A stretch of 64,000 nt of DNA from Syntrophorhabdaceae bacterium (GCA_963665295.1 OY762209.1:3808001-3872000); one strand, 5' to 3'. Positions 1-9,441 are shown, counted from the first letter of the stretch. The notes: generated by a model not told the origin, from the sequence alone. Program-made: numbers and translations.

Positions 1-390
1 CACGAGATTGTGAGCCGTATCTGCCGGGGGCAAGGGGAAAAAGGGGATTTGGAACACCTCGAGGAACTGGGGAAGGCTATACAGCTGAGTTCCCTATGCG
101 GTCTCGGACAGAGCGCTCCCAATCCCGTTCTTTCGACGATCAAGTTCTTCAGAGAGGAATACAGGGCTCATATAGATGAAAAGAAATGCCCTGCCGGCAT
201 ATGCAAAGACCTTATTGAAGTGCGGATCCTTCCGGACAAGTGTACCGGCTGCGCGAGGTGTGCGGCGGAATGTCCCGTAGAGTGTATATCGGGCGAGAAG
301 AAGGAGCCCCATGCTATCGATCAGTCACGGTGCACGAAGTGCGGTACCTGTTATGATGTGTGCCGTTTCGACGCAGTAATAATCGAATAG
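1..390 (+). CDS. NuoF/HydB-like NADH-binding flavoprotein subunit, C-terminal part (gene starts before the window)
   Basis: SLCGLGQSAPNPV motif, HIDEKKCPAGIC, then two CxxCxxCxxxC ferredoxin motifs. Confidence 0.9.
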   Translation, partial: HEIVSRICRGQGEKGDLEHLEELGKAIQLSSLCGLGQSAPNPVLSTIKFFREEYRAHIDEKKCPAGICKDLIEVRILPDKCTGCARCAAECPVECISGEKKEPHAIDQSRCTKCGTCYDVCRFDAVIIE

Positions 391-400
391 GAGAGCTCAA

Positions 401-1111
401 GTGATTGAATTCAAGATAAACGGCAGACTGGTAAAAGCGGAGGAGGGAGAGACACTACTTGCGGTCGCGCGGAGAGAAGGTGTCACCATACCTACTTTGT
501 GCCACCACGAGACCCTCGGTTCCGACGGCAGGTGCAGGCTTTGCATGGTAGAAGTGGAGAAAGGGAAAAGGAAGCGAGTTGTGGCATCGTGTCTCTACCA
601 GGCGGAGAACGGCATCGAAGTGTCCACCGAGACGCCTGACATTCAGCTCATACGTAGAACCGTGCTGGAGCTGTTTCTTGCCCGGAATCCGGCTTCGGAC
701 GTGGTCCGTTATCTTGCGGAATCCTACGGCGTCAAGAACACCCGGTATGCCACGGATAACGATAAAGGCAAGTGCGTGCTCTGTAACGCGTGCGTGAGGA
801 CGTGTGAAACGCTGGTCGGGGTGACGGCCCTGGGTTTAAGCGGGAAGGGCCCGGTAAAAAAGGTTACCACCCCCTTTGATGAGGCTTCGGAAGTGTGTAT
901 CGGTTGCGGAGCATGTGTGGCGGTCTGTCCTACGGGCCACATATTCATGGAGGACAAGAACGGTTTCAGGACGGTTTGGAAAAAGAAATTTGAGCGCGCG
1001 AAATGTCCCAAGTGCGGGAGGCACCATTCTCCGATCACCCAGCTGGAGTTTATCTCCGGAAAATCGGGCACTCCCATGGAGGAGCTTATGGTCTGCCTGG
1101 ATTGCCGGTAG
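401..1111 (+). CDS. NuoG/HydA N-terminal-like Fe-S protein (2Fe-2S plus 2x4Fe-4S) with no catalytic domain
   Basis: IPTLC...CRLC...C 2Fe-2S motif; CVLCNACVRTC and CIGCGACVAVCP; C-terminal CxxC...CxxC; GGAG RBS before GTG. Confidence 0.85.
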   Translation: MIEFKINGRLVKAEEGETLLAVARREGVTIPTLCHHETLGSDGRCRLCMVEVEKGKRKRVVASCLYQAENGIEVSTETPDIQLIRRTVLELFLARNPASDVVRYLAESYGVKNTRYATDNDKGKCVLCNACVRTCETLVGVTALGLSGKGPVKKVTTPFDEASEVCIGCGACVAVCPTGHIFMEDKNGFRTVWKKKFERAKCPKCGRHHSPITQLEFISGKSGTPMEELMVCLDCR

Positions 1112-1159
1112 GGGTACTTTTTTCTGTTGAAAAAGTTTTTCAATAGCGTATAAACTAAT

Positions 1160-1185
1160 ACATATGTGATATGGGTCACATATGT
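1160..1185. promoter_or_regulatory. Perfect palindromic operator containing the CRP/FNR-family consensus TGTGA-N6-TCACA
   Basis: ACATATGTGA-tatggg-TCACATATGT, just downstream of a candidate TTGAAA(1127)/TAAACT(1151) promoter upstream of rodZ. Confidence 0.55.
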
Positions 1186-1333
1186 CGAGCAGGCTTTGTG
1201 GGATTATTTATGACAAATGACTCGTTTCAACTACACATCGCGCCATAATTCCGTTAGACCAGCCTAAGCAACGGCGACGAAGAAACCAGGTGTGAGTACT
1301 TGGGCGCCTTCGTAACAAATTGAGGAGCGGCAC

Positions 1334-2089
1334 ATGAACATGGACCTTTCCAGAGTCGGTAAGATTCTTAGAGATAAGAGAGAAGAGCGGGGCCTTTCAA
1401 TCGAGTACCTGTCTGAGGAGCTGTGCTTACGAAAAACTCTCATTGAAGCCATAGAGAAGGGTAATTGGGGAGCCCTGCCCCACGAAGTCTACGTAAGAGG
1501 ATTTGTAAGGGAGTACGCCGCCCTTGTGGGTGCCCTTGACGAGGTGGCTGAATGTTCGGTGGCTCCGGAGAAGACGGAACTCGTTAACCCGGCGGCAGAG
1601 GCCCCCGTGCGTGAGAAGAGGAAATCCGGTCCGAGAAAGTTCCCGGGAGCGAGGTTTGTCTACTTCGGCATTCTTGCCGTCGTGATGCTCTTCTTCGTGT
1701 ACGACAAAATCGAAAAGGAGAGAGCCCTTTCTTCCAAGACCGAACGGGCGAGCCATGTAAACCGGACCTCCGAGGCGGAGAAAGAAGTGAGTGGAGTGAG
1801 TTCCGTTTCAGAGGTAAAGAGCGGCAGCGAAACGAACAAGCTGTCTGCCATATCCGGGACCAAGAAACTCATGATTACATGCCACGAAAGAACCTGGGTG
1901 AGCGTGGTAATCGACGGGAAGGAGAAAAAAGAGTTCATGCTCAGCCCGGAAGAGATTATTATGGTGAACGGGACGGAAAGGTTCGACCTTCTTGTTGGAA
2001 ACGCGGGTGGGGTAAAACTCTTACTTAACGGCAAAGATGTGGAATTCACCGGGAAAAGCGGTGAGGTAAAGAGAGTCCAACTCTCCTGA
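1334..2089 (+). CDS. rodZ: RodZ-family protein (HTH, TM helix, DUF4115)
   Basis: N-terminal HTH with YVRGFVREYA, single TM, C-terminal TWVSV...GNAGGV; GAGGAG RBS. Confidence 0.85.
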   Translation: MNMDLSRVGKILRDKREERGLSIEYLSEELCLRKTLIEAIEKGNWGALPHEVYVRGFVREYAALVGALDEVAECSVAPEKTELVNPAAEAPVREKRKSGPRKFPGARFVYFGILAVVMLFFVYDKIEKERALSSKTERASHVNRTSEAEKEVSGVSSVSEVKSGSETNKLSAISGTKKLMITCHERTWVSVVIDGKEKKEFMLSPEEIIMVNGTERFDLLVGNAGGVKLLLNGKDVEFTGKSGEVKRVQLS

Positions 2090-2230
2090 GTTGCATTGCC
2101 GGGATTTTTGATCATTAGTCCTTAGCGCCGTTTTCTTGAATCAGGGTCGCGAAAGGGCGTCAAGAACCATCCTTACGCACTGAATTATATCCCTTCCGGG
2201 GAAAGGAGACGGAGGGCTCGCGACCTCGTG

Positions 2231-2268
2231 AAGCGATTGCCCCCGGCTTTGGTCCCGGGGGCTGCTTT
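2231..2268. terminator. GC-rich hairpin between convergent rodZ and transaldolase; probable terminator
   Basis: GCCCCCGG(2239-2246)/CCGGGGGC(2255-2262), extendable by AAGC/GCTT; weak U tract. Confidence 0.5.
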
Positions 2269-2312
2269 GATGACGGGAGACCGTTGGGTATACCGGTCAT
2301 ATCCCTTGCAGG

Positions 2313-2957
2313 CTATTTCTTTATTGTGTCCCAATCCTTCAGAAATTTTTCCAGACCGATGTCCGTGAGAGGATGGTTCATAAGCTGCCTCAAGACGTTG
2401 AAGGGGATCGTCGCCACATCTGCGCCGACGGTGGCGGCCTGGAGTACGTGAAGCGGGCTCCTGATACTCGCCACAATAATCTCGGTTTCCATTCCATAGT
2501 TTGAAAATATTGTGAGAGTGTCCTCTATAATATCCATTCCCCTGGTGGAAATGTCGTCGAGTCTTCCTATAAAGGGGCTTACGTAGTCGGCGCCTGCTTT
2601 TGCGGCAATCAGTGATTGCACGGGCTGAAATATGAGGGTTACATTTGTCTTTATCCCTTCACGGGAGAGAGCCCTTACCGCCTTTATGCCTTCCTCGGTC
2701 ATGGGGATCTTCACTACCACGTTTGGTCCAAGCTGGGCCAGTCGCCTGGCCTCTTCACACATGCCTTTAGAGTCCTTAGAAATTACTTCGAGACTCACCG
2801 GGCCCTCCACGAGGGACAGAATGTCCTTGATTGTCTGTTCCGGTCCTTGCTTCTCCCGGGAGAGCAGCGTGGGGTTCGTGGTCACTCCATCCACCAATCC
2901 CATCTCGATTCCTTTTTTGATTTCTTCCACATTCGCAGTATCAACGAAGAACTTCAT
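2313..2957 (-). CDS. tal: Transaldolase / fructose-6-phosphate aldolase (FSA/TalC family)
   Basis: [36 protein letters not shown] motifs; 214 aa. Confidence 0.92.
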   Translation of the reverse strand: MKFFVDTANVEEIKKGIEMGLVDGVTTNPTLLSREKQGPEQTIKDILSLVEGPVSLEVISKDSKGMCEEARRLAQLGPNVVVKIPMTEEGIKAVRALSREGIKTNVTLIFQPVQSLIAAKAGADYVSPFIGRLDDISTRGMDIIEDTLTIFSNYGMETEIIVASIRSPLHVLQAATVGADVATIPFNVLRQLMNHPLTDIGLEKFLKDWDTIKK

Positions 2958-2966
2958 GTTTTCCTC

Positions 2967-3569
2967 CTACCATTTTTCATATTTGTCAGAATGCTTTCTA
3001 TATTCTTTCCTTTCTCCCCGCGTGTGATACAGGAAAAAGGCCGATGCCTCAAGACTGCTGGTAAGCATATATGCTTCCTCGAGCATATCGCCCCGGGCAA
3101 AACTGCCGTGGCCCCTCATAAGGACCACTTTATAGTCTTTCAGATACTCGCTCACCACATGCGAAGCTTCGTCGGAGCCTATGGTTTTTTCAAGGCTCAC
3201 CACAGGGACCTTCTTAAACAGGTAGGAACCCTCCGAATCGACAGGTATGAGTTCATCTTCGGTCATGGAGAGGAGGGTGGCATACGGGGGGTGCGCGTGG
3301 AGGACCGACAGGGCGCTTGTGTTCTTGTAGATTGCCTTGTGGACCACAAACTCCGAAGATGCCATGAGAACATGGGCATCGTTCTTGTTGATCCCCATTT
3401 CGATTATGTCGCCCTCTTTCAATTGTCCGAGCATGGACGCGCGTCTCGTAATGAATATCTTCTGTCCCTGCCTCACGCTCATATTACCCGCATGGGAACT
3501 TATAAGGCCCCGCAAAAAGACGTCCCGCCCAATATCTCTAAAGGTCAGGTACGTTGTCTCGTCAATCAT
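2967..3569 (-). CDS. Class II aldolase/adducin family (FucA-like)
   Basis: GNMSVR, ASSEFVVH, LHAHP and RGHG Zn-binding motifs. Confidence 0.88.
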   Translation of the reverse strand: MIDETTYLTFRDIGRDVFLRGLISSHAGNMSVRQGQKIFITRRASMLGQLKEGDIIEMGINKNDAHVLMASSEFVVHKAIYKNTSALSVLHAHPPYATLLSMTEDELIPVDSEGSYLFKKVPVVSLEKTIGSDEASHVVSEYLKDYKVVLMRGHGSFARGDMLEEAYMLTSSLEASAFFLYHTRGERKEYRKHSDKYEKW

Positions 3570-3594
3570 AAGAAGGTCCCGGACTTATCTTTCT

Positions 3595-5298
3595 TCATGC
3601 CAACCCCAGTTTTTCAAGAACTTCCTTACCCGGTTTTCCGGCCTCATCCCAACCCCTCACTTCATAATATTCTTTCAGGAGCGTTTCAAGGGGGACGTCG
3701 GCGAACCGTGCGGGCAGTTTGTCCTCTTCCACACCTTCCCTGAGATTAAAGAGTTTCTCCAGATTCCATATGCGCTCGCCCACAGTAATCGATTCTTCCC
3801 AGGTGATCTTTGCACCGGTAACGACGCTCGCGATGCGGGCGTAATAGTCGTGGGGAATAGCCAGGGACGCAAACCTGCACATGACAAGTGTATCCATGAA
3901 GGCGGATATGTTCTGGTACAGGGCAAGGAGGCTTCCTTTTCCTTGCGAGGAAAACCGGTCCACGAGTTTCGGCACCCCCAATATCTCGGCACCTACCAGA
4001 TAACCCTGCATGTGGCAGCCGCCTCTGTTGGAGGTCGCGTAGCCGAGGGCATTTCCATAGGCGCCTCTCGGGTCATACGCGGCTATTTCGAGTCCTTTCG
4101 ACTGGGCCGCCATGTCCCGGGCGTCGAACATTTCTCCAAGCTTCCTTGTGCCGAGGGAAAGGATCGACCCTTCCTCTCTCCGTTCCGCGATTGCCGTGAT
4201 CAGTGAGGCGATCTTCTCGAAGTCGCCATACCTGGCGGCCAGACCCAGTTTGCCCTTTTCGGAGAGTTCCACGGCCATGCCGATGACGCTGCCGGTGCTG
4301 ATCGTATCGAGGCCGAACTCATTACAGAGCCCGTTCAGCTTCGCCACCTTTTCAATATCGTGAATAGAGAGGTTCACACCCAGGGCCCAGAGGCTTTCGT
4401 ACTCCGGTCCGTCACCTTCCCTGGTGACGCGGCCGCAGGCGACGGGGCAGAAGAGACAGGCCCTCCTTTTCTTGAGCAGGGTGTCGGTGAGTGCTTCACC
4501 CGAGACGGAAGCCGATTCAAAAGGCGCCGGGTACCTGAAATTGGAGGAACTCAGGAGACCGGCTTCGCGCATGTAATTGAGCAGGATACCCGTGCCGAAT
4601 TCGGGGAGTCCCTTGGAGGTCACCGGATTCGCGGACAGCCATTTCTTGCACTCGTAAGCAATGAAAGAGAATTTTTCCCTGTCGGGAATGGGAACCTTCC
4701 CTTTTCCCTTCACGACGATCGCCTTCACCTGTTTCGAACCGAGGATGGCGCCGAGTCCTCCTCTCCCGAGGTAACGTCCGTCATTTTCTATATTGGCGAA
4801 TGATACACCGGATTCTCCGCCCCTGCCGATAAGGAGGATTGAAACGTCACGGCCGTGGCGTGCCCTCAGATACTCTTTGACGTAAGCCTTTTCCCTTCCC
4901 CACAGTTCGTCGGCACTATGAATGTTGATCTCCCCATGCTCTATGGAGATGTACGAGGGTTTCCCGCCCGCGCCGGTCAGGACAAGTGAGTCGATGCCGT
5001 TCTTCTTCAGGTATACGCCCATTCTTCCCCCGCACGAGGAACTGAAGATGGTGCCCGTGAGGGGTGATTTGGTGGTGGCCATGAACCTTCCTCCCATAGG
5101 GAAGGGCATCCCGGTCAGAGGCCCGCCACCGAAGACAATGGGGCATTCTCGGGAAAGGGGGTCTACGCCGACGGGAGCGAGATCGAATACCAGTTTTGTA
5201 TTTATGCCTCGTCCCCCGACGAATTTGCCGGCCACCTCAGGGTCCGTTTCCCTGTACATGGAGGTGCCGCGGCTCATGTCTATTATTGCCGTTTTCAA
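3595..5298 (-). CDS. aor: Aldehyde:ferredoxin oxidoreductase (W/Mo-pterin AOR family)
   Basis: GGRG, KSPLTG, GRGGLGA, CxxCPxxC, PEYE, GLDTIS, YDPRG, RGGCH motifs. Confidence 0.92.
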   Translation of the reverse strand: MKTAIIDMSRGTSMYRETDPEVAGKFVGGRGINTKLVFDLAPVGVDPLSRECPIVFGGGPLTGMPFPMGGRFMATTKSPLTGTIFSSSCGGRMGVYLKKNGIDSLVLTGAGGKPSYISIEHGEINIHSADELWGREKAYVKEYLRARHGRDVSILLIGRGGESGVSFANIENDGRYLGRGGLGAILGSKQVKAIVVKGKGKVPIPDREKFSFIAYECKKWLSANPVTSKGLPEFGTGILLNYMREAGLLSSSNFRYPAPFESASVSGEALTDTLLKKRRACLFCPVACGRVTREGDGPEYESLWALGVNLSIHDIEKVAKLNGLCNEFGLDTISTGSVIGMAVELSEKGKLGLAARYGDFEKIASLITAIAERREEGSILSLGTRKLGEMFDARDMAAQSKGLEIAAYDPRGAYGNALGYATSNRGGCHMQGYLVGAEILGVPKLVDRFSSQGKGSLLALYQNISAFMDTLVMCRFASLAIPHDYYARIASVVTGAKITWEESITVGERIWNLEKLFNLREGVEEDKLPARFADVPLETLLKEYYEVRGWDEAGKPGKEVLEKLGLA

Positions 5299-5840
5299 TT
5301 GCTCACCCTTTCTCTTGTTGCTCCCCGGCCAGAGATCTTCTCGTCGGCGGTTGTCCTCCAGAGCGATATTGCCTGTCCGGGACCGATGTCTTCAAGAAAG
5401 GAGGCGAGTGGTTTCCCGTAGAGAGGGTGGATGATCCCGGCGTCTATCTCAAGGCATGGGACTATGGCGAACCTTCTCCTGTGAAGTTCAGGGTGCGGTA
5501 TAACGAGAGACGGAGTCTCAAGGACCAGGTTATCGAACAGGAGGATATCGAGGTCTATCACTCTCGGCCCGCCCGGTATCTCTCTTGTGCGCCCCATGTC
5601 CTCTTCGATCCTGTTCAGGAATTCAAGAAGGTCTGCCGGTGATCCCGCCCACGATACGGCAATAGCAGCGTTGAGAAAATCGTCCTGATCAATAGATGAA
5701 ACCGGTGAGGTAGCATAGAGAGATGAAGCTGCGAGGAACCGGGTCCTGTGGTCGGTGAGGATTGTCCGGATACTCGCGGAACAATAAGACGCCCGGTCAC
5801 CCATATTGGATCCAATTCCTATAAATGCCTTGTTATTCAC
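5295..5840 (-). CDS. folK: 6-hydroxymethyl-7,8-dihydropterin pyrophosphokinase
   Basis: IGIGSNMG, FLNA, GPRVIDLDIL, IPHP motifs. Confidence 0.93.
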   Translation of the reverse strand: MNNKAFIGIGSNMGDRASYCSASIRTILTDHRTRFLAASSLYATSPVSSIDQDDFLNAAIAVSWAGSPADLLEFLNRIEEDMGRTREIPGGPRVIDLDILLFDNLVLETPSLVIPHPELHRRRFAIVPCLEIDAGIIHPLYGKPLASFLEDIGPGQAISLWRTTADEKISGRGATRERVSN

Positions 5841-5845
5841 AATGT

Positions 5846-6043
5846 TCAGGAGGTTCTTGCTCTATCTCCGGCGCTGTCCTTAGAGGTGAGAGCTTCTTTT
5901 TCGTCGGATTCCCTTGTGGCCTTCCTGAAGCCCCTTATGCTTTTACCGATGGCGCCGCCCACCTCCGGAAGCTTGCCTGCCCCGAAGACAAGGAGGACTA
6001 TTACCATTATGATGATAAGTTCAGGAAATCCAAGGCCAAACAT
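5846..6043 (-). CDS. tatA: Twin-arginine translocase subunit TatA/E
   Basis: [12 protein letters not shown]...[23 protein letters not shown]; start set at the MFG ATG (6043). Confidence 0.92.
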   Translation of the reverse strand: MFGLGFPELIIIMVIVLLVFGAGKLPEVGGAIGKSIRGFRKATRESDEKEALTSKDSAGDRARTS

Positions 6044-6180
6044 GGAATACATTATCATGTACGGATGAGCGCAGTCAATCCCTAAAAGAAAGAAATCCTT
6101 TGATTACGCTGTGGGTTGGAGCGGGTTTCGGCTTGCCGCAGGTTGACTGGGGAGCGAATTTCCTTTACAATATGTTACCC

Positions 6181-6678
6181 ATGGCACTAAAAGAAATTAA
6201 ACTTTATCCTGACCCTGTTCTCAGGCAGACGGCCTCGAAGATCGACAATATCACTGATGAAATAGTCCAGCTTTCCCATGACATGGTGGAAACCATGAGA
6301 CTTGCCAACGGAGCGGGTCTTGCGGCCAACCAGGTCGGGCTTCGACTGAGGCTGATAGTGATCGACGAACAGGTCAAAAAGGAACATAGATCCATCGTCT
6401 TAATAAACCCTGAGATTCTCTTTACGGAATCCGAGGAGACCGCCGAAGAGGGATGTCTCAGCCTTCCGAGATTCTATGAGTTCGTGAAGAGGCCCAAAAG
6501 GGTCAAAGTGCGAGCAATAGATTTGAGGGGCGAGGTGATGGAGATAGAGCGTGAAGACCAGATGGCAAGGGCGTTACAACATGAGATAGACCACCTGAAC
6601 GGTGTTCTCTTTATCGACCACCTGAGTCCTTTGAAGAAGGAGTTCTTCAGGAAGAAATTTATGCGGGCTAAAAGGTGA
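6181..6678 (+). CDS. def: Peptide deformylase
   Basis: GLAANQ, EGCLS, QHEIDHLNG motifs; start set at ATG 6181 behind TTGACT-17-TACAAT. Confidence 0.95.
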   Translation: MALKEIKLYPDPVLRQTASKIDNITDEIVQLSHDMVETMRLANGAGLAANQVGLRLRLIVIDEQVKKEHRSIVLINPEILFTESEETAEEGCLSLPRFYEFVKRPKRVKVRAIDLRGEVMEIEREDQMARALQHEIDHLNGVLFIDHLSPLKKEFFRKKFMRAKR

Positions 6679-7598
6679 AGATAGTCTACTTCGGCTCATC
6701 ACTCTTTTCCGTGCCTCCTCTCATGGCGGTGCTGCCCTCCGTCTCATGTGTCGTCACGAGAAGGGCCAAGCCGAAGGGCAGAGGTTACCACGTCGAAGCA
6801 AACGATGTGAAGAAAATAGCCTCTGAGGCAGGGATTCCTTTGATAGAGATAGATTCTTTCAAGGATGAGGCGGCCGGTCAACTGCGGGACCTCAAGCCCG
6901 ATTTTCTTGTCGTGGCTTCTTTCGGACTTATGATTCCAGACTGGGCGCTCAGTATCGCAACTGTCGGCCCCGTGAACATCCATCCGTCCCTGCTTCCCCG
7001 ATACAGGGGGCCATCTCCCATCCAGTGGGCACTGTGGAACGGTGAGAGAGAGACGGGCATTACCTTAATAAAGATGAATGAAAAAATGGATGAAGGGAAT
7101 ATTCTTCATCAGGAGATAATGGCCATCGACGCCGGGGATAGCATGATCACCCTGTCCGCAAGACTTGCCGCAAGAGCCGGCGAAATACTGCCAGGTTTCC
7201 TTGAGGAGATGAAGACGAAGGGGATGATGGAAGGTGTTGTGCAGAGCGGCGAATTAGCCACCTACACGCCTATCATTGCCAAGGAAATGGGGAAGATCGA
7301 CTGGTCGCTGGGAGCCCTGGAGATAATCAGGCAGATCAAAGCCCTTGTGCTCTGGCCCACGGCCTATACCTATCTCGAGGGAAAACTCCTGAAAATATTC
7401 GACGCCCATATATATGATGATTCCGCCGTTTCAGCGGAGGCGGGCATCGTTATGGAGGTGACGAAAGCCGGATTCCTGGTGGGTACGCCAAACGGCACTT
7501 TGCGGATTACCGAGGTGCAGCTTGAAAACAAGAAGAGGCTAAGCGCATATCAGTTCGCCCAGGGATACAGAGGGCTCGTGGGGAAAAGGCTCGGATAG
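6675..7598 (+). CDS. fmt: Methionyl-tRNA formyltransferase
   Basis: NIHPSLLPRYRGPSPIQ, MDEG; overlaps the def stop. Confidence 0.95.
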   Translation: MKIVYFGSSLFSVPPLMAVLPSVSCVVTRRAKPKGRGYHVEANDVKKIASEAGIPLIEIDSFKDEAAGQLRDLKPDFLVVASFGLMIPDWALSIATVGPVNIHPSLLPRYRGPSPIQWALWNGERETGITLIKMNEKMDEGNILHQEIMAIDAGDSMITLSARLAARAGEILPGFLEEMKTKGMMEGVVQSGELATYTPIIAKEMGKIDWSLGALEIIRQIKALVLWPTAYTYLEGKLLKIFDAHIYDDSAVSAEAGIVMEVTKAGFLVGTPNGTLRITEVQLENKKRLSAYQFAQGYRGLVGKRLG

Positions 7599-7619
7599 CC
7601 GGGTAAGCGAATTTTTTAG

Positions 7620-7648
7620 TTGACATGACAAGAAATTATCCTTATTAT
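7620..7648 (+). promoter_or_regulatory. sigma70 promoter of mltD
   Basis: TTGACA-17nt-TATTAT. Confidence 0.6.
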
Positions 7649-7689
7649 CAAAATTAAATGGTGTGGTTCTTGCATTCAAATGGAGGAGA

Positions 7690-9441
7690 ATGAAAAGACT
7701 TGGCATAGGTTTCATAATCCTCTTTTTTCTTGTGTCCTGCTCAAGCACCGGAAGGGTGGGTACGCTGGACAAGTCTTCTCTTGATGATACACCCCTCGTA
7801 TACAATCCGGCGGATCAATCAAAACTATCAGCAATGGCGACGGGAGGAGCGGCGAAAAAGGCCAAGGGGAAACCTAAAGTCTTTAATCCCGAAGATGACG
7901 ATGACATAGCGTCACTCCTCGAACACGACGATTTCCGGGACTTTGACCTACCCATAGTGTTCAACGAGGCCGTCAAGTACTATGTGGTCTACTTCAACAC
8001 GGAGAAGAGAAAGGTTTTTGCCAACTGGCTCAAACGGTCGCGACGGTATGTCCCGGTCATGAAGGAGATATTGAAACAGCACGGTCTGCCCGAGGACCTT
8101 GTGTACGTTGCCATGATAGAAAGCGGGTTCAATGCGAAGGCATACTCCTCGGCCAAGGCATGCGGGCCGTGGCAATTCATCTATGAAACGGGGGGGAGGT
8201 ATGGGCTCAAAGCGAACTTCTGGATAGATGAAAGGAGAGACCCTGAAAAATCGACTATTGCTGCCGCCAAATATTTGACGGATCTCTTTAACCAGTTCGG
8301 TCACTGGTATCTCGCGGCCGCAGGCTACAATGCGGGCGAGAAGAGGGTCGAAAGAGCCATAGAAAAACACAACACCAACGATTTCTGGGAGTTGGCCAAA
8401 TATAATGCCCTTCCGAGGGAAACCAGAGAGTACATCCCCAGACTGATCGCTGCGTCCATCATCGCAAAGGACCCTGAAAGGTTCGGATTCGGGAGTATCG
8501 TATATGAAGACCCGGTGCGGTTCGCCGAAGTGAAGGTCCCCAGAGCGACCCTTCTTACCGCGATTGCAAGGGCGAGTTCCATAGATATTGCCGAATTACG
8601 GTCTCTGAACCCCGAACTCCTGAGGGGCATCACTCCGCCCTATATGGAAGACTACCGGGTCAAGCTCCCGGCCTCCACAAACATTGCAAGATTCTCCGAA
8701 GCGCTGGAAGGGGCGGGCGGCAGGGAGAGGAAGATCAAGGATGTGGTTGTCTACAAGGTAAAGAAGAAGGATACTCTTGCGAAGATCCTGAAGAAATACG
8801 GGATTAGGGAAGAAGAGTTGTACCTTGTCAACAGTTGTGAGGAGCAGTTGAAGGTCAAACCGGGGATGGCTCTGAATATCCCTATATTTGTCGGTTCAAC
8901 ACGCACGGCGGTGGCAGCGGTTGTGCCGGCGCCGGTGAAGGCACCGGCAAGAGATTCGGGCGAGGTCCGGGTCGCCAAACTTGTGAGGGCGGAAAAACAG
9001 CACGAAAAACCTGAAAAGACCGAAAAACAAGAGAAGGCGGAAAGGGTCGAAAAGGTTGAGAAGGTCGAGAGGATCGAAAAGACAAAAGGGCAGGGTGAAC
9101 CAGCCCCGGCAAAGACTTACCATGTAGTGAGAAGGGGTGAGACCTTGTCTGATATCTCGACGAAGTATGGGGTGGAAGTGGCAAGCCTTATGTCGGTGAA
9201 TAACCTGAAAAGTGAGAAGGTTTACCCCAACATGAAGCTCATGCTCGCGAGCCACCACAGTCCGAAGAAGAAGGAAAGCCAGGCGGGTCCGAAGTTTCAC
9301 ACGGTGAAGAAGGGCGAGACCCTGGCTCAAATTTCGAGCAAATACCATGTGAGTATCTCCAGCCTCAAGTCTGCGAATAACCTGAAAAGCCTCAAGGTTC
9401 AGCCCAAGATGAAATTGAAGATAGTGTCAGGGGAGGGCTGA
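7690..9441 (+). CDS. mltD: MltD-type lytic transglycosylase lipoprotein with three LysM domains
   Basis: Lipobox LVSC, SLT motifs (MIESG, GPWQF, AGYNAGE, ETREY), three LysM repeats; GGAGG RBS. Confidence 0.88.
   Translation: MKRLGIGFIILFFLVSCSSTGRVGTLDKSSLDDTPLVYNPADQSKLSAMATGGAAKKAKGKPKVFNPEDDDDIASLLEHDDFRDFDLPIVFNEAVKYYVVYFNTEKRKVFANWLKRSRRYVPVMKEILKQHGLPEDLVYVAMIESGFNAKAYSSAKACGPWQFIYETGGRYGLKANFWIDERRDPEKSTIAAAKYLTDLFNQFGHWYLAAAGYNAGEKRVERAIEKHNTNDFWELAKYNALPRETREYIPRLIAASIIAKDPERFGFGSIVYEDPVRFAEVKVPRATLLTAIARASSIDIAELRSLNPELLRGITPPYMEDYRVKLPASTNIARFSEALEGAGGRERKIKDVVVYKVKKKDTLAKILKKYGIREEELYLVNSCEEQLKVKPGMALNIPIFVGSTRTAVAAVVPAPVKAPARDSGEVRVAKLVRAEKQHEKPEKTEKQEKAERVEKVEKVERIEKTKGQGEPAPAKTYHVVRRGETLSDISTKYGVEVASLMSVNNLKSEKVYPNMKLMLASHHSPKKKESQAGPKFHTVKKGETLAQISSKYHVSISSLKSANNLKSLKVQPKMKLKIVSGEG

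Noticed and set aside
1228..1315. Possible c-di-GMP-I riboswitch (GGTCTAA...TATGGC on the minus strand) or structured rodZ leader
   Set aside because: The GGCAAA/GNRA and CGCAAAGC elements are missing and the orientation fits no downstream gene; only short stems are present.
2616..5642. Long plus-strand ORFs opposite tal/aldolase/aor/folK, and similar antisense ORFs across the window
   Set aside because: They overlap well-supported genes on the other strand and lack motifs or RBS; typical shadow ORFs.
8990..9090. EKx tripeptide repeats in MltD
   Set aside because: Low-complexity linker between LysM domains with degenerate codons; not a DNA repeat array.
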